Both the position numbers and the translations under genes were made by a program. Shown one piece after another: positions 50,616 to 61,877 of a DNA stretch of 64,000 bases. Numbering within the stretch: the first letter of the stretch is position 1; each line of letters begins with the position of its first letter. The notes under the pieces are model-generated. The model made no database searches and was not told the DNA's origin. It worked only from the letters and a program-made list of their open reading frames with translations. Where the stretch lies: NCBI RefSeq assembly GCF_055900595.2, contig NZ_CM148325.1. One strand, 5' to 3'.

Positions 50616-51872
50616 ATGAGCATCGCTTTGCGCTTAAAGGTAATGTCCTTTTTGCAATATTTTATCTGGGGGAGCTGGCTGGTTACCCTCGGTTCTTACA
50701 TGATTAATACCCTTCATTTCACCGGCGCTAATGTTGGCATGGTTTACAGTTCCAAAGGGATCGCCGCGATTATTATGCCTGGTATAATGGGGATCATCGC
50801 AGACAAATGGCTGCGTGCAGAACGTGCATACATGCTGTGTCACCTGGTGTGTGCGGGCGTACTTTTTTATGCGGCATCCGTAACTGATCCGGATATGATG
50901 TTTTGGGTGATGTTAGTCAATGCGATGGCGTTTATGCCGACTATTGCGTTATCGAACAGCGTCTCTTATTCCTGTCTTGCCCAGGCAGGGCTTGACCCGG
51001 TGACCGCTTTCCCGCCCATTCGCGTTTTTGGTACGGTGGGGTTCATTGTCGCCATGTGGGCAGTAAGCCTGCTGCATCTGGAATTGAGTAGTCTGCAACT
51101 GTATATCGCGTCCGGTGCGTCATTGCTGCTGTCGGCTTATGCGCTGACTTTGCCGAAGATTCCGGTTGCGGAGAAAAAAGCGACTACATCGCTTGCCAGC
51201 AAGCTGGGTCTGGATGCCTTCGTGCTGTTTAAAAATCCACGCATGGCTATCTTTTTCCTCTTCGCCATGATGCTGGGTGCGGTGCTGCAAATTACCAACG
51301 TTTTTGGCAACCCGTTCCTGCATGATTTCGCCCGTAATCCTGAGTTTGCTGATAGCTTCGTGGTGAAATATCCGTCCATTTTACTGTCAGTTTCACAGAT
51401 GGCTGAAGTCGGTTTCATTCTGACGATACCGTTCTTTTTGAAGCGTTTCGGTATTAAAACCGTCATGCTGATGAGTATGGTGGCGTGGACGCTGCGCTTT
51501 GGCTTCTTTGCCTATGGCGATCCATCACCAACCGGGTTTATTTTGCTGTTGCTGTCGATGATTGTTTACGGTTGTGCATTCGATTTCTTCAATATTTCTG
51601 GTTCGGTCTTTGTCGAACAGGAAGTTGATTCCAGCATTCGTGCCAGCGCCCAGGGCCTTTTTATGACGATGGTAAATGGCGTCGGCGCATGGGTTGGCTC
51701 GATTCTGAGCGGTATGGCAGTGGATTACTTCTCGGTGGATGGCGTAAAAGATTGGCATACCATTTGGCTGATGTTTGCAGGGTATGCTCTTTTCCTCGCA
51801 GTGATATTTTTCTTTGGGTTTAAATATAACCATGACCCTGAAAAGATAACGCATCGTTCAGTTACACATTAA
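50616..51872 (+). CDS. xapB: xanthosine:H+ symporter (MFS)
   Basis: 418-aa MFS ORF. Confidence 0.92.
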   Translation: MSIALRLKVMSFLQYFIWGSWLVTLGSYMINTLHFTGANVGMVYSSKGIAAIIMPGIMGIIADKWLRAERAYMLCHLVCAGVLFYAASVTDPDMMFWVMLVNAMAFMPTIALSNSVSYSCLAQAGLDPVTAFPPIRVFGTVGFIVAMWAVSLLHLELSSLQLYIASGASLLLSAYALTLPKIPVAEKKATTSLASKLGLDAFVLFKNPRMAIFFLFAMMLGAVLQITNVFGNPFLHDFARNPEFADSFVVKYPSILLSVSQMAEVGFILTIPFFLKRFGIKTVMLMSMVAWTLRFGFFAYGDPSPTGFILLLLSMIVYGCAFDFFNISGSVFVEQEVDSSIRASAQGLFMTMVNGVGAWVGSILSGMAVDYFSVDGVKDWHTIWLMFAGYALFLAVIFFFGFKYNHDPEKITHRSVTH

Positions 51873-51924
51873 AAGGATTCGCAGCTCTGTTCCTTGGGGC
51901 TGCTTTTATGATAAAGGTTAATTA

Positions 51925-52083
51925 GTGAAAGATATTTTATTTTCTTCTGGCGTTGGTTTTGGCATTGGTGCTTTGTTTACAATCGTGCGATTACCTATTC
52001 CTGTTCCAAATGTATTGCCGGGTATATTATCCATCGTGTTTATGTATGTCGGATATCTGGTGGTGAAATACTTTATGCCATGA
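51925..52083 (+). CDS. xapX: putative small hydrophobic protein (XapX-like), GTG start
   Basis: 52-codon ORF from GTG at 51925 to TGA at 52081-52083, absent from track (under 60 aa, non-ATG start); aagg SD-like about 9 nt upstream; product VKDILFSSGVGFGIGALFTIVRLPIPVPNVLPGILSIVFMYVGYLVVKYFMP is one predicted TM helix; location matches recalled XapX family downstream of xapB. Confidence 0.45.
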   Translation: MKDILFSSGVGFGIGALFTIVRLPIPVPNVLPGILSIVFMYVGYLVVKYFMP

Positions 52084-52123
52084 TAATTTAATATGATGTA
52101 TTTTTTATATGGAGCACTTAATT

Positions 52124-53008
52124 ATGGAACGCGTATATAGAACAGATCTTAAGTTGCTCCGTTATTTTCTTGCCGTAGCGGAAGAGTTGCATTTTGGTCG
52201 CGCAGCAGCGCGTTTAAATATGTCTCAGCCTCCGCTCAGTATTCATATTAAAGAGCTGGAAAATCAACTCGGCACGCAGCTTTTTATTCGCCATTCGCGC
52301 AGCGTCGTACTGACACACGCGGGCAAAATCTTGATGGAAGAATCGCGTCGATTGCTGGTGAATGCAAATAATATATTGGCTCGGGTTGAACAAATAGGTC
52401 GGGGAGAAGCAGGGCGGATTGAACTCGGGGTTGTGGGAACGGCAATGTGGGGACGGATGCGCCCGGTTATGCGGCGATTCCTTAGAGAAAATCCTAACGT
52501 TGAAGTTCTGTTTCGCGAAAAGATGCCCGCGATGCAAATGGCCTTGCTGGAACGCCGCGAACTTGATGCCGGGATCTGGCGAATGGCGACAGAACCACCG
52601 ACTGGTTTTACCAGCTTACGGTTGCATGAATCGGCGTTTCTGGTGGCGATGCCTGAAGAGCATCATCTCTCATCATTTTCCACCGTCCCGCTGGAAGCGC
52701 TACGTGACGAGTATTTCGTTACAATGCCGCCCGTGTACACTGACTGGGATTTTTTGCAGCGAGTTTGCCAGCAGGTGGGATTTTCACCGGTTGTTATTCG
52801 CGAAGTTAATGAACCGCAAACGGTACTCGCCATGGTCAGTATGGGTATTGGTATCACATTGATAGCGGACAGCTACGCGCAGATGAACTGGCCCGGTGTC
52901 ATATTCCGTCCGCTCAAAGAACGCATCCCGGCAGACTTATATATTGTTTATGAAACGCAGCAGGTGACGCCCGCGCTGGTTAAACTGCTGGCGGCGTTGG
53001 CGCAGTAG
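52124..53008 (+). CDS. xapR: LysR-family activator of xapAB
   Basis: Internal ATG of ORF 52109-53008; product MERVYRTDLKLLRYFLAVAEELHFGRAAARL... (294 aa). Confidence 0.9.
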   Translation: MERVYRTDLKLLRYFLAVAEELHFGRAAARLNMSQPPLSIHIKELENQLGTQLFIRHSRSVVLTHAGKILMEESRRLLVNANNILARVEQIGRGEAGRIELGVVGTAMWGRMRPVMRRFLRENPNVEVLFREKMPAMQMALLERRELDAGIWRMATEPPTGFTSLRLHESAFLVAMPEEHHLSSFSTVPLEALRDEYFVTMPPVYTDWDFLQRVCQQVGFSPVVIREVNEPQTVLAMVSMGIGITLIADSYAQMNWPGVIFRPLKERIPADLYIVYETQQVTPALVKLLAALAQ

Positions 53009-53078
53009 ATGAGAGGCACGGGAACTGCCGGACATAGTTGGTCTGATAAGCGAAGCGCATCAGGCAATTTCGCAAATT

Positions 53079-53135
53079 GCAGATAGCAAAAAAGCGCCTT
53101 TAGGGCGCTTTTTTACATTGGTGGGTCGTGCAGGA
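53079..53135. repeat. 57-bp direct repeat copy 1: terminator hairpin plus 3'-terminal fragment of tRNA-Lys
   Basis: Identical to 53235-53291 (gcagatagcaaaaaagcgcctttagggcgcttttttacattggtgggtcgtgcagga); diverges after tgcagga. Confidence 0.8.
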
Positions 53136-53234
53136 TGACTCGCTTCGCTCGCCCTTCGGGCCGTCGCCGCGAGCGGCTCCGTTGTTTCGCTGCGCTCAAC
53201 TCGAACCTGCTGCAGGTTCGAATCTTTGAGTATC

Positions 53235-53291
53235 GCAGATAGCAAAAAAGCGCCTTTAGGGCGCTTTTTTACATTGGTGGGTCGTGCAGGA
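53235..53291. repeat. 57-bp direct repeat copy 2 (terminator plus authentic 3' end of lysV)
   Basis: Identical to 53079-53135; overlaps the 3' 17 nt of lysV. Confidence 0.8.
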
Positions 53292-53350
53292 TTCGAACCT
53301 GCGACCAATTGATTAAAAGTCAACTGCTCTACCAACTGAGCTAACGACCC
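53275..53350 (-). tRNA. lysV: tRNA-Lys (anticodon UUU)
   Basis: Reverse complement reads GGGTCGTTAGCTCAGTTGGTAGAGCAGTTGACTTTTAATCAATTGGTCGCAGGTTCGAATCCTGCACGACCCACCA. Confidence 0.95.
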
Positions 53351-53354
53351 GAAG

Positions 53355-53430
53355 TGGTGGGTGATGACGGGATCGAACCGCCGACCCCCTCCTTGTAAGG
53401 GAGGTGCTCTCCCAGCTGAGCTAATCACCC
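53355..53430 (-). tRNA. valY: tRNA-Val (anticodon UAC)
   Basis: Reverse complement reads GGGTGATTAGCTCAGCTGGGAGAGCACCTCCCTTACAAGGAGGGGGTCGGCGGTTCGATCCCGTCATCACCCACCA. Confidence 0.93.
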
Positions 53431-53476
53431 ACTTCGGTACTTCACATTTTTACAAGAAATCTAGCTGGCGAGAAAG

Positions 53477-53552
53477 TGGTGGGTGATGACGGGATCGAAC
53501 CGCCGACCCCCTCCTTGTAAGGGAGGTGCTCTCCCAGCTGAGCTAATCACCC
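53477..53552 (-). tRNA. valX: tRNA-Val (anticodon UAC)
   Basis: Same 76-nt sequence as valY. Confidence 0.93.
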
Positions 53553-53596
53553 ACTTCTCAATTTCTTGCTACACGGCGGAGACTACATAAAGTAGT

Positions 53597-53672
53597 TGGT
53601 GGGTGATGACGGGATCGAACCGCCGACCCCCTCCTTGTAAGGGAGGTGCTCTCCCAGCTGAGCTAATCACCC
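53597..53672 (-). tRNA. valU: tRNA-Val (anticodon UAC)
   Basis: Same 76-nt sequence; promoter-proximal copy of the cluster. Confidence 0.93.
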
Positions 53673-53930
53673 CCGCTGTGTGGAGTCGCATTATAGGGAG
53701 AGTTCAAAATGAGTCAACGCATTTTCTAAAGAAATTGTTCGTTCGTCGTAAATTTAAGCAAGATGATCGCAAAACAGACCGTGTTGCGCAATTTGTCAAC
53801 GAAAACAATAATGCGTAAGGTTGCAACCCGAACTACATTGAGGAATCAGGCGGGAGTGATAGAATATCGCCCACTCAATTTTTCCAGGATTTGCCGGTTG
53901 TCGGCATCTTTCTAAACGTAAGGCCATTTC

Positions 53931-55346
53931 ATGAAAATCAAAACTCGCTTCGCGCCAAGCCCAACAGGCTATCTGCACGTTGGCGGCGCGCGTACTGCTC
54001 TTTACTCCTGGCTTTTTGCACGTAACCACGGCGGTGAGTTCGTGCTGCGTATTGAAGACACCGATCTTGAGCGTTCCACGCCGGAAGCTATCGAAGCCAT
54101 TATGGATGGTATGAACTGGCTGAGCCTGGAGTGGGATGAAGGTCCGTACTTCCAGACCAAACGTTTTGATCGCTACAACGCGGTGATCGATCAGATGCTG
54201 GAAGAGGGCACTGCCTATAAATGCTACTGCTCCAAAGAGCGTCTGGAAGCGCTGCGTGAAGAGCAAATGGCAAAAGGTGAGAAACCACGTTATGACGGTC
54301 GCTGCCGCCACAGTCATGAGCATCACGCTGATGATGAGCCGTGTGTCGTACGTTTTGCTAACCCGCAGGAAGGTTCTGTTGTTTTTGACGATCAGATCCG
54401 TGGTCCGATCGAGTTCAGCAACCAGGAGCTGGATGATCTGATTATCCGCCGTACCGATGGTTCCCCAACCTATAACTTCTGTGTGGTTGTCGATGACTGG
54501 GATATGGAAATCACCCACGTTATACGTGGCGAAGACCATATCAACAACACACCGCGCCAGATTAACATTCTGAAAGCGCTGAAAGCACCGGTACCGGTTT
54601 ACGCGCACGTTTCTATGATCAACGGCGATGACGGTAAAAAACTGTCCAAACGACACGGGGCGGTCAGCGTCATGCAGTATCGTGACGACGGTTATCTGCC
54701 AGAAGCATTGCTGAACTATCTGGTGCGTCTGGGCTGGTCCCACGGCGATCAGGAAATCTTCACTCGTGAAGAGATGATCAAATACTTCACTCTGAATGCC
54801 GTCAGCAAATCTGCCAGTGCGTTCAACACCGACAAGCTGCTGTGGCTGAACCATCACTACATTAACGCGTTGCCGCCGGAGTATGTTGCTACTCATTTAC
54901 AGTGGCACATTGAGCAGGAAAATATCGATACCCGTAACGGCCCGCAGCTGGCTGATCTGGTGAAACTGCTGGGCGAACGCTGCAAGACGCTGAAAGAGAT
55001 GGCACAGAGCTGCCGTTATTTCTACGAAGATTTTGCTGAGTTCGATGCTGACGCCGCGAAAAAACATCTGCGTCCGGTTGCGCGTCAGCCGCTGGAAGTG
55101 GTTCGTGACAAACTGACTGCGATTACTGACTGGACCGCTGAAAACGTTCATCACGCTATTCAGGCGACGGCGGATGAGCTGGAAGTGGGTATGGGTAAAG
55201 TTGGTATGCCGCTGCGTGTCGCCGTAACCGGTGCGGGGCAGTCTCCGGCGCTGGATGTTACCGTTCACGCAATCGGTAAGACCCGCAGTATCGAGCGTAT
55301 CAACAAAGCGCTGGCTTTTATTGCTGAACGCGAAAATCAGCAGTAA
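53931..55346 (+). CDS. gltX: glutamyl-tRNA synthetase
   Basis: 471-aa [30 protein letters not shown]... with HIGH-type and KMSKS-type (KLSKR) motifs. Confidence 0.95.
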   Translation: MKIKTRFAPSPTGYLHVGGARTALYSWLFARNHGGEFVLRIEDTDLERSTPEAIEAIMDGMNWLSLEWDEGPYFQTKRFDRYNAVIDQMLEEGTAYKCYCSKERLEALREEQMAKGEKPRYDGRCRHSHEHHADDEPCVVRFANPQEGSVVFDDQIRGPIEFSNQELDDLIIRRTDGSPTYNFCVVVDDWDMEITHVIRGEDHINNTPRQINILKALKAPVPVYAHVSMINGDDGKKLSKRHGAVSVMQYRDDGYLPEALLNYLVRLGWSHGDQEIFTREEMIKYFTLNAVSKSASAFNTDKLLWLNHHYINALPPEYVATHLQWHIEQENIDTRNGPQLADLVKLLGERCKTLKEMAQSCRYFYEDFAEFDADAAKKHLRPVARQPLEVVRDKLTAITDWTAENVHHAIQATADELEVGMGKVGMPLRVAVTGAGQSPALDVTVHAIGKTRSIERINKALAFIAERENQQ

Positions 55347-55363
55347 TTAGCGCATAAAAGATA

Positions 55364-55396
55364 AACGGCAGGAGAGATCCCCCTGCCGTTTTTTAT
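55364..55396. terminator. terminator between convergent gltX and yfeD
   Basis: Hairpin cggcagg...cctgccg followed by a T-run immediately after the gltX stop. Confidence 0.65.
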
Positions 55397-55789
55397 TTAT
55401 TCTGATTCATCTATGTCGAGACGAGCAAGGAAATGACGAATTCCTTCACGTGACAAAAATTGCGCAACTTTTTCCTGCTCACTGTGAGTCATGTTGTCTA
55501 TTGCGCTGATGATTTGCCGATAAGCGGGAGTGCGAATCCCCGGTGCATATTCGGCAAGCGGTTCTTCGGCTTCCAGAAGCATCGGCGTGTTATGGAAGGC
55601 TGGCGTGTTCTGAATAAACTCGCAAACTTGCGTATCGACCAGAATAAGTCTGGCACGACCGCCTTTCACGCCGGGAAATTTTTCCGTTTTCCAGCCTTTC
55701 TCTCTGATCCAACGGTTAACAGTTTGTTTAGCCACACCGAGGCATTCCGCCAGTTCTTCGGTGGTCATTTTATTGCGTAATCTTTTCAT
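55397..55789 (-). CDS. yfeD: DNA-binding protein YfeD
   Basis: 130-aa ORF with HTH (EELAECLGVAKQTVNRWIRE); paralogous to adjacent yfeC. Confidence 0.85.
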   Translation of the reverse strand: MKRLRNKMTTEELAECLGVAKQTVNRWIREKGWKTEKFPGVKGGRARLILVDTQVCEFIQNTPAFHNTPMLLEAEEPLAEYAPGIRTPAYRQIISAIDNMTHSEQEKVAQFLSREGIRHFLARLDIDESE

Positions 55790-55790
55790 A

Positions 55791-56135
55791 TTATTTGCTA
55801 TCGCGAATCCCTAAGCGTTGTAATAACCCGATAATCCCTTCCCGCAGAAGCAAGGATGTAAACTGTTTTTGTTCAACTGGCGTCATCTCTTTCGCCAGTG
55901 TCACAAGCAACACTTCAAGCGGCGCATCACCAGAAAGGGCTGGCGCTTCTCCCTGACCTTCTGGACGTTCAGCATTGCGAATATATTCACGAACCTGTTC
56001 ATTGACGTGAACCAGTCGAGCTTTGCCACCCTGGACGCCTGGTTTTGGTGATGTCGTCCAGCCTTCCTTGCGTACCCATTTATTAATGGTCTGACGGCTA
56101 TAACCGGTCAGTCTGGCAAGTTCATCTGGCGTCAT
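55791..56135 (-). CDS. yfeC: DNA-binding protein YfeC
   Basis: ORF 55791-56150; the 114-aa form starting MTPDELARLTGYSRQTINKWVRKEG... preferred, alternative ATG at 56150. Confidence 0.83.
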   Translation of the reverse strand: MTPDELARLTGYSRQTINKWVRKEGWTTSPKPGVQGGKARLVHVNEQVREYIRNAERPEGQGEAPALSGDAPLEVLLVTLAKEMTPVEQKQFTSLLLREGIIGLLQRLGIRDSK

Positions 56136-56370
56136 CCTCTCCTTGAACATAACAATTCCCTGAATGTATGTAGGTCTATTAGCGGTTCATTTTATAACAC
56201 CACTTTACAGGAAACCGTGACATGAATAACTACTGAATGCGAGCGGTTTTCCAAAATTGTTCATTTGCCTGATTTTTCAGCGATTGAAACTACACGCTGC
56301 AATTTGCCGTTGACACATTCGGGCGGAATTCATATGATGCCGCCCGTCAACTCGACAAGCTTTACGTGAT

Positions 56371-56446
<76 letters not shown>

Positions 56447-56485
56447 AATTTTGCACCCAGCAAATTTGGTACGTAAACGACTCGT

Positions 56486-56561
<76 letters not shown>

Positions 56562-56570
56562 AATTTCAAA

Positions 56571-56597
56571 CCCTCGCTGTAAAGCGGGGGTTTTTTG
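56571..56597 (+). terminator. terminator after tRNA-Ala pair
   Basis: Imperfect GC-rich hairpin ccctcgc-tgtaa-agcgggg followed by tttttt. Confidence 0.55.
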
Positions 56598-56768
56598 TCT
56601 CTGCTTTTTGCCGCTTTTGTAATACAGTCTACGTCCGGGTCAGCGCCGCCTGGTGAAAGCATCATTGGATGAAAAATCGGCAACAGGCTGGCCTCTGTTT
56701 GCTTCGCGATGCGAATAAACTTATTATTTGTGTGCCTGAAAACCCCGATCAGTGAGAGTAGTGTACTC

Positions 56769-58958
56769 ATGTTTGTGGAGCATAACCTGATAAAAAATAT
56801 CAAGATATTCACACTAGCGTTTACGCTCACCGTGGTACTTATTCAGCTATCCCGTTTTATTTCGCCACTTGCCGTTATCCATTCCAGTTATATCTTTTTG
56901 GCGTGGATGCCACTGTGCGTAATGCTGGCAATCTTGTTTATCTTTGGCTGGCGCGGTGTCGTTCCTGTTTTAGGCGGGATGTTTTGCACCAATCTGTGGA
57001 ATTTTCATCTCTCTTTTTTACAGAACTCCGTCATGCTCGGCAGCCAGACGTTTGCAGTCCTGTGTGCCTGTGCAATATTACGCTGGCAATTGGGAACGCG
57101 TTGGCGTTATGGTTTGACCAGCCGATACGTCTGGCAACGTCTCTTCTGGCTTGGTTTGGTGGCACCGATTGGCATCAAATGCAGCATGTATCTTGTGGGG
57201 AATTTCTTTGATTTTCCGCTAAAGATATCTACCTTTTTCGGCGATGCGGATGCCATTTTCACGGTCGTTGATTTGCTAAGCCTTTTCACCGCAGTGCTGA
57301 TTTACAACATGCTGTTTTACTATCTCACCCGCATGATTGTAAGTCCCCACTTTGCGCAGATACTGTGGCGCAGGGATATCGCTCCGTCGTTGAGCAAAGA
57401 GAAACGCGTATTTACCTTAAGCTGGCTGGCAGCTCTTAGCGTGCTGCTACTTCTGATGTGTACACCGTATGAAAATGACTTCATTGCCGGTTACCTGGTA
57501 CCTGTTTTCTTTATCATCTTTACCCTCGGGGTCGGTAAGCTTCGCTATCCGTTTTTAAATCTCACCTGGGCTGTTTCAACGCTTTGCCTTCTGAATTACA
57601 ACCAGAACTTTTTGCAAGGGGTACTAACCGAATATTCGCTGGCATTTATTCTCGCGGTGCTGATTTCCTTTAGTGTTTGCCTGCTCTATATGGTGCGCAT
57701 TTATCATCGTAGTGAATGGCTTAACCGACGCTGGCATTTGCAGGCGCTGACCGATCCGTTAACGCTCTTACCCAACTTTCGCGCGTTGGAACAAGCACCA
57801 GAGCAAGAGGCTGGCAAGAGTTTTTGCTGCCTGCGTATTGATAACCTTGAGTTTATGAGTCGTCATTACGGGTTAATGATGCGCGTTCACTGTATCCGCT
57901 CAATTTACCGTACGTTAATGCCGCTGATGCAGGAAAACGAAAAGTTGTATCAATTGCCGGGGAGTGAACTGCTATTAGTACTGAGCGGGCCGGAAACGGA
58001 AGGGCGACTCCAGCATATGGTTAACATCCTGAATAGTCGGCAAATTCACTGGAACAATACCGGGCTGGATATGGGCTATGGTGCCGCCTGGGGGCATTTC
58101 GATGGAAATCAGGAAACCCTGCAACCCTTGTTGGGGCAGTTAAGCTGGCTGGCGGAGCAATCCTGCGCACATCATCATGTGCTGGCGCTGGATAGCAGAG
58201 AGGAGATGGTTTCCGGGCAAACCACTAAACAGGTGCTATTGCTGAATACCATTCGCACGGCGTTAGATCAGGGTGATTTGCTGCTCTACGCCCAGCCAAT
58301 TCGCAACAAAGAGGGTGAAGGTTATGATGAGATCCTCGCGCGACTGAAGTATGACGGCGGCATTATGACCCCGGATAAGTTTCTGCCCCTTATTGCTCAG
58401 TTTAACCTTAGCGCGCGTTTTGATTTGCAAGTGCTGGAATCCTTGTTGAAGTGGCTGGCAACACACCCTTGCGACAAAAAAGGTCCGCGCTTTTCAGTCA
58501 ATTTAATGCCGCTCACGCTGCTGCAAAAAAATATCGCCGGGCGGATTATTCGTCTGTTTAAGCGTTATCACATCTCCCCGCAGGCGGTCATTCTTGAGAT
58601 CACCGAGGAACAGGCGTTTTCTAACGCAGAAAGCAGTATGTACAACATCGAGCAGCTGCATAAGTTTGGTTTCCGGATTGCGATTGATGATTTTGGCACC
58701 GGCTATGCCAACTACGAACGGCTAAAGCGTTTGCAGGCTGATATCATCAAAATTGATGGCGTCTTTGTGAAAGATATCGTCACGAACACGCTGGATGCGA
58801 TGATTGTGAGATCAATTACCGATCTGGCGAAAGCGAAGTCATTGAGTGTGGTCGCGGAGTTTGTCGAGACGCCACAGCAGCAGGCGCTATTGCATAAGCT
58901 CGGGGTGCAATATCTGCAAGGGTATTTGATTGGTCGCCCTCAGCCATTAACTGATTAA
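56769..58958 (+). CDS. pdeA: membrane-anchored c-di-GMP phosphodiesterase-type protein (EAL domain; GGDEF-like region without GGDEF motif)
   Basis: Internal ATG of ORF 56709-58958; product MFVEHNLIKNIKIFTLAFTL... (729 aa); multi-TM N-terminus; C-terminal EAL-domain motifs (YAQPI, DDFGTGYANYERL). Confidence 0.88.
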   Translation: MFVEHNLIKNIKIFTLAFTLTVVLIQLSRFISPLAVIHSSYIFLAWMPLCVMLAILFIFGWRGVVPVLGGMFCTNLWNFHLSFLQNSVMLGSQTFAVLCACAILRWQLGTRWRYGLTSRYVWQRLFWLGLVAPIGIKCSMYLVGNFFDFPLKISTFFGDADAIFTVVDLLSLFTAVLIYNMLFYYLTRMIVSPHFAQILWRRDIAPSLSKEKRVFTLSWLAALSVLLLLMCTPYENDFIAGYLVPVFFIIFTLGVGKLRYPFLNLTWAVSTLCLLNYNQNFLQGVLTEYSLAFILAVLISFSVCLLYMVRIYHRSEWLNRRWHLQALTDPLTLLPNFRALEQAPEQEAGKSFCCLRIDNLEFMSRHYGLMMRVHCIRSIYRTLMPLMQENEKLYQLPGSELLLVLSGPETEGRLQHMVNILNSRQIHWNNTGLDMGYGAAWGHFDGNQETLQPLLGQLSWLAEQSCAHHHVLALDSREEMVSGQTTKQVLLLNTIRTALDQGDLLLYAQPIRNKEGEGYDEILARLKYDGGIMTPDKFLPLIAQFNLSARFDLQVLESLLKWLATHPCDKKGPRFSVNLMPLTLLQKNIAGRIIRLFKRYHISPQAVILEITEEQAFSNAESSMYNIEQLHKFGFRIAIDDFGTGYANYERLKRLQADIIKIDGVFVKDIVTNTLDAMIVRSITDLAKAKSLSVVAEFVETPQQQALLHKLGVQYLQGYLIGRPQPLTD

Positions 58959-59017
58959 CAGGCGTAAAAAAAGCAGGGAATTATCCCCGGCTTTTGTGGC
59001 TGATGACAAACAGAAAA

Positions 59018-59049
59018 ATGCCTGATGCGCTACGCTTATCAGGCCTACA
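59018..59049. repeat. REP element between pdeA and nupC
   Basis: tgcctgatgcgctacgcttatcaggcctaca, same unit as at 35938-35969. Confidence 0.7.
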
Positions 59050-59100
59050 TGGAATTGAAGCCGGGGAATTATCCCCGGCTTTTTAATTAATGAATTGGAC

Positions 59101-60303
59101 TTACAGCACCAGTGCTGCGATTGACGCAGACAGCACACTCACCAGAGTAGAGCCGTAAACCAGTTTCAGACCGAAGCGAGAAACCACGTTACCTTGTTCT
59201 TCATTCAGGCCTTTAACCGCACCGGCGATAATCCCGATAGAAGAGAAGTTAGCGAAGGAAACCAGGAACACAGAGATGATGCCTTCAGCACGCGGAGAGA
59301 GCGTGGAAGCAATTTTCTGCAGATCCATCATTGCAACGAACTCGTTGGAAACCAGTTTGGTCGCCATAATACTGCCCACCTGCAGTGCTTCACTGGAAGG
59401 AACACCCATCACCCACGCAACCGGATAGAAGATGTAGCCCAGGATGCCCTGGAAGGAGATGCTGTAGCCAAACCAGCCAGTCACAGTGGCAAACAGTGCG
59501 TTCAGCGCAGCGATCAGGGCGATAAAGCCGATCAGCATCGCGGCAACGATAATAGCAACTTTGAAACCTGCCAGAATGTATTCACCCAGCATTTCGAAGA
59601 AGCTCTGACCTTCGTGCAGGTTGGACATCTGAATGTTTTCTTCACTGGCATCAACACGGTAAGGGTTGATCAGTGACAGCACGATAAAGGTGCTGAACAT
59701 GTTCAGTACCAGCGCCGCAACGACGTATTTCGGCTCCAGCATCGTCATGTATGCACCAACGATGGACATCGACACGGTGGACATCGCCGTAGCTGCCATG
59801 GTGTACATACGATTGCGGGAGATTTTGCCGAGGATATCTTTATAGGCAATAAAGTTTTCAGACTGACCCAGAATCAGAGAGCTGACGGCGTTGAAGGATT
59901 CCAGTTTGCCCATACCGTTGACTTTGGAGAGCAGGAAACCAATTGCGCGGATAATCACCGGCAACACGCGAATGTGCTGGAGAATACCAATCAGCGCAGA
60001 GATAAAGACGATTGGGCACAGCACTTTCAGGAAGAAGAATGCCAGGCCTTGATCATTCATGCTACCAAAGACGAAGTTAGTCCCTTCGTTGGCAAATCCG
60101 AGCAGTTTCTCAAACATTTCGGAGAAGCCTTTCACGAAGCCCAAACCAACGTCGGAGTTCAGGAAGAACCACGCCAGTAACACTTCGATAACAAGCAGTT
60201 GAATAACATAACGGATACGAATTTTTTTGCGGTCGCTGCTTACCAGCAGTGCGAGAATCGCAACAACGGCAAGTGCCAGTACAAAATGAAGGACGCGGTC
60301 CAT
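59101..60303 (-). CDS. nupC: nucleoside:H+ symporter NupC
   Basis: Internal ATG of ORF 59101-60342; product [24 protein letters not shown]... (400 aa). Confidence 0.92.
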   Translation of the reverse strand: MDRVLHFVLALAVVAILALLVSSDRKKIRIRYVIQLLVIEVLLAWFFLNSDVGLGFVKGFSEMFEKLLGFANEGTNFVFGSMNDQGLAFFFLKVLCPIVFISALIGILQHIRVLPVIIRAIGFLLSKVNGMGKLESFNAVSSLILGQSENFIAYKDILGKISRNRMYTMAATAMSTVSMSIVGAYMTMLEPKYVVAALVLNMFSTFIVLSLINPYRVDASEENIQMSNLHEGQSFFEMLGEYILAGFKVAIIVAAMLIGFIALIAALNALFATVTGWFGYSISFQGILGYIFYPVAWVMGVPSSEALQVGSIMATKLVSNEFVAMMDLQKIASTLSPRAEGIISVFLVSFANFSSIGIIAGAVKGLNEEQGNVVSRFGLKLVYGSTLVSVLSASIAALVL

Positions 60304-60567
60304 ATTTGCTCCAAATATGAGGCAGGTTAAATTTCCGTGCACATTCTATGTAACATGGTTAAGGAAAACGAGATCTGACACACACTATAATGACGTCCTG
60401 TGACAAGCTTCAAAAATAGTGAGCTGTCATACATTTCTGCTATGTTGTGTATGGAAGCTGAAAGTTATGTAAATGTGCTAACATTAAACATAATCACAAC
60501 ATTCAAGTCATCAATCTTTTCGTCGTCATAGTTCTGGTCTTTCAAAGAAATCATCACAATCCATTTA

Positions 60568-60589
60568 AATGAATTTGATAATCATTCTC
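60568..60589. promoter_or_regulatory. Fur box-like operator upstream of mntH
   Basis: aatgaatttgataatcattctc resembles Fur consensus GATAATGATAATCATTATC; about 50 bp upstream of mntH start. Confidence 0.6.
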
Positions 60590-60604
60590 GTTTGACATAG
60601 CATG

Positions 60605-60626
60605 AAACATAGCAAAGGCTATGTTT
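60605..60626. promoter_or_regulatory. MntR operator (perfect palindrome) upstream of mntH
   Basis: aaacatagc-aaag-gctatgttt, 9-bp perfect inverted repeat ending 12 bp upstream of mntH ATG. Confidence 0.7.
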
Positions 60627-60629
60627 TAG

Positions 60630-61877
<1,248 letters not shown>

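Noticed and set aside
53060-53428. 122-aa minus-strand ORF in the track
   Set aside because: It runs across lysV and valY tRNA genes and the duplicated terminator; it is an artefact of stop-free tRNA sequence
53796-54896. 366-aa minus-strand ORF
   Set aside because: Antisense to gltX, whose identity is unambiguous (HIGH/KMSKS-type motifs); no independent support
55397-56135. yfeD/yfeC as a toxin-antitoxin or phage-derived regulator pair
   Set aside because: Both are HTH paralogues conserved at this locus next to gltX in K-12; nothing in the sequence indicates a toxin partner
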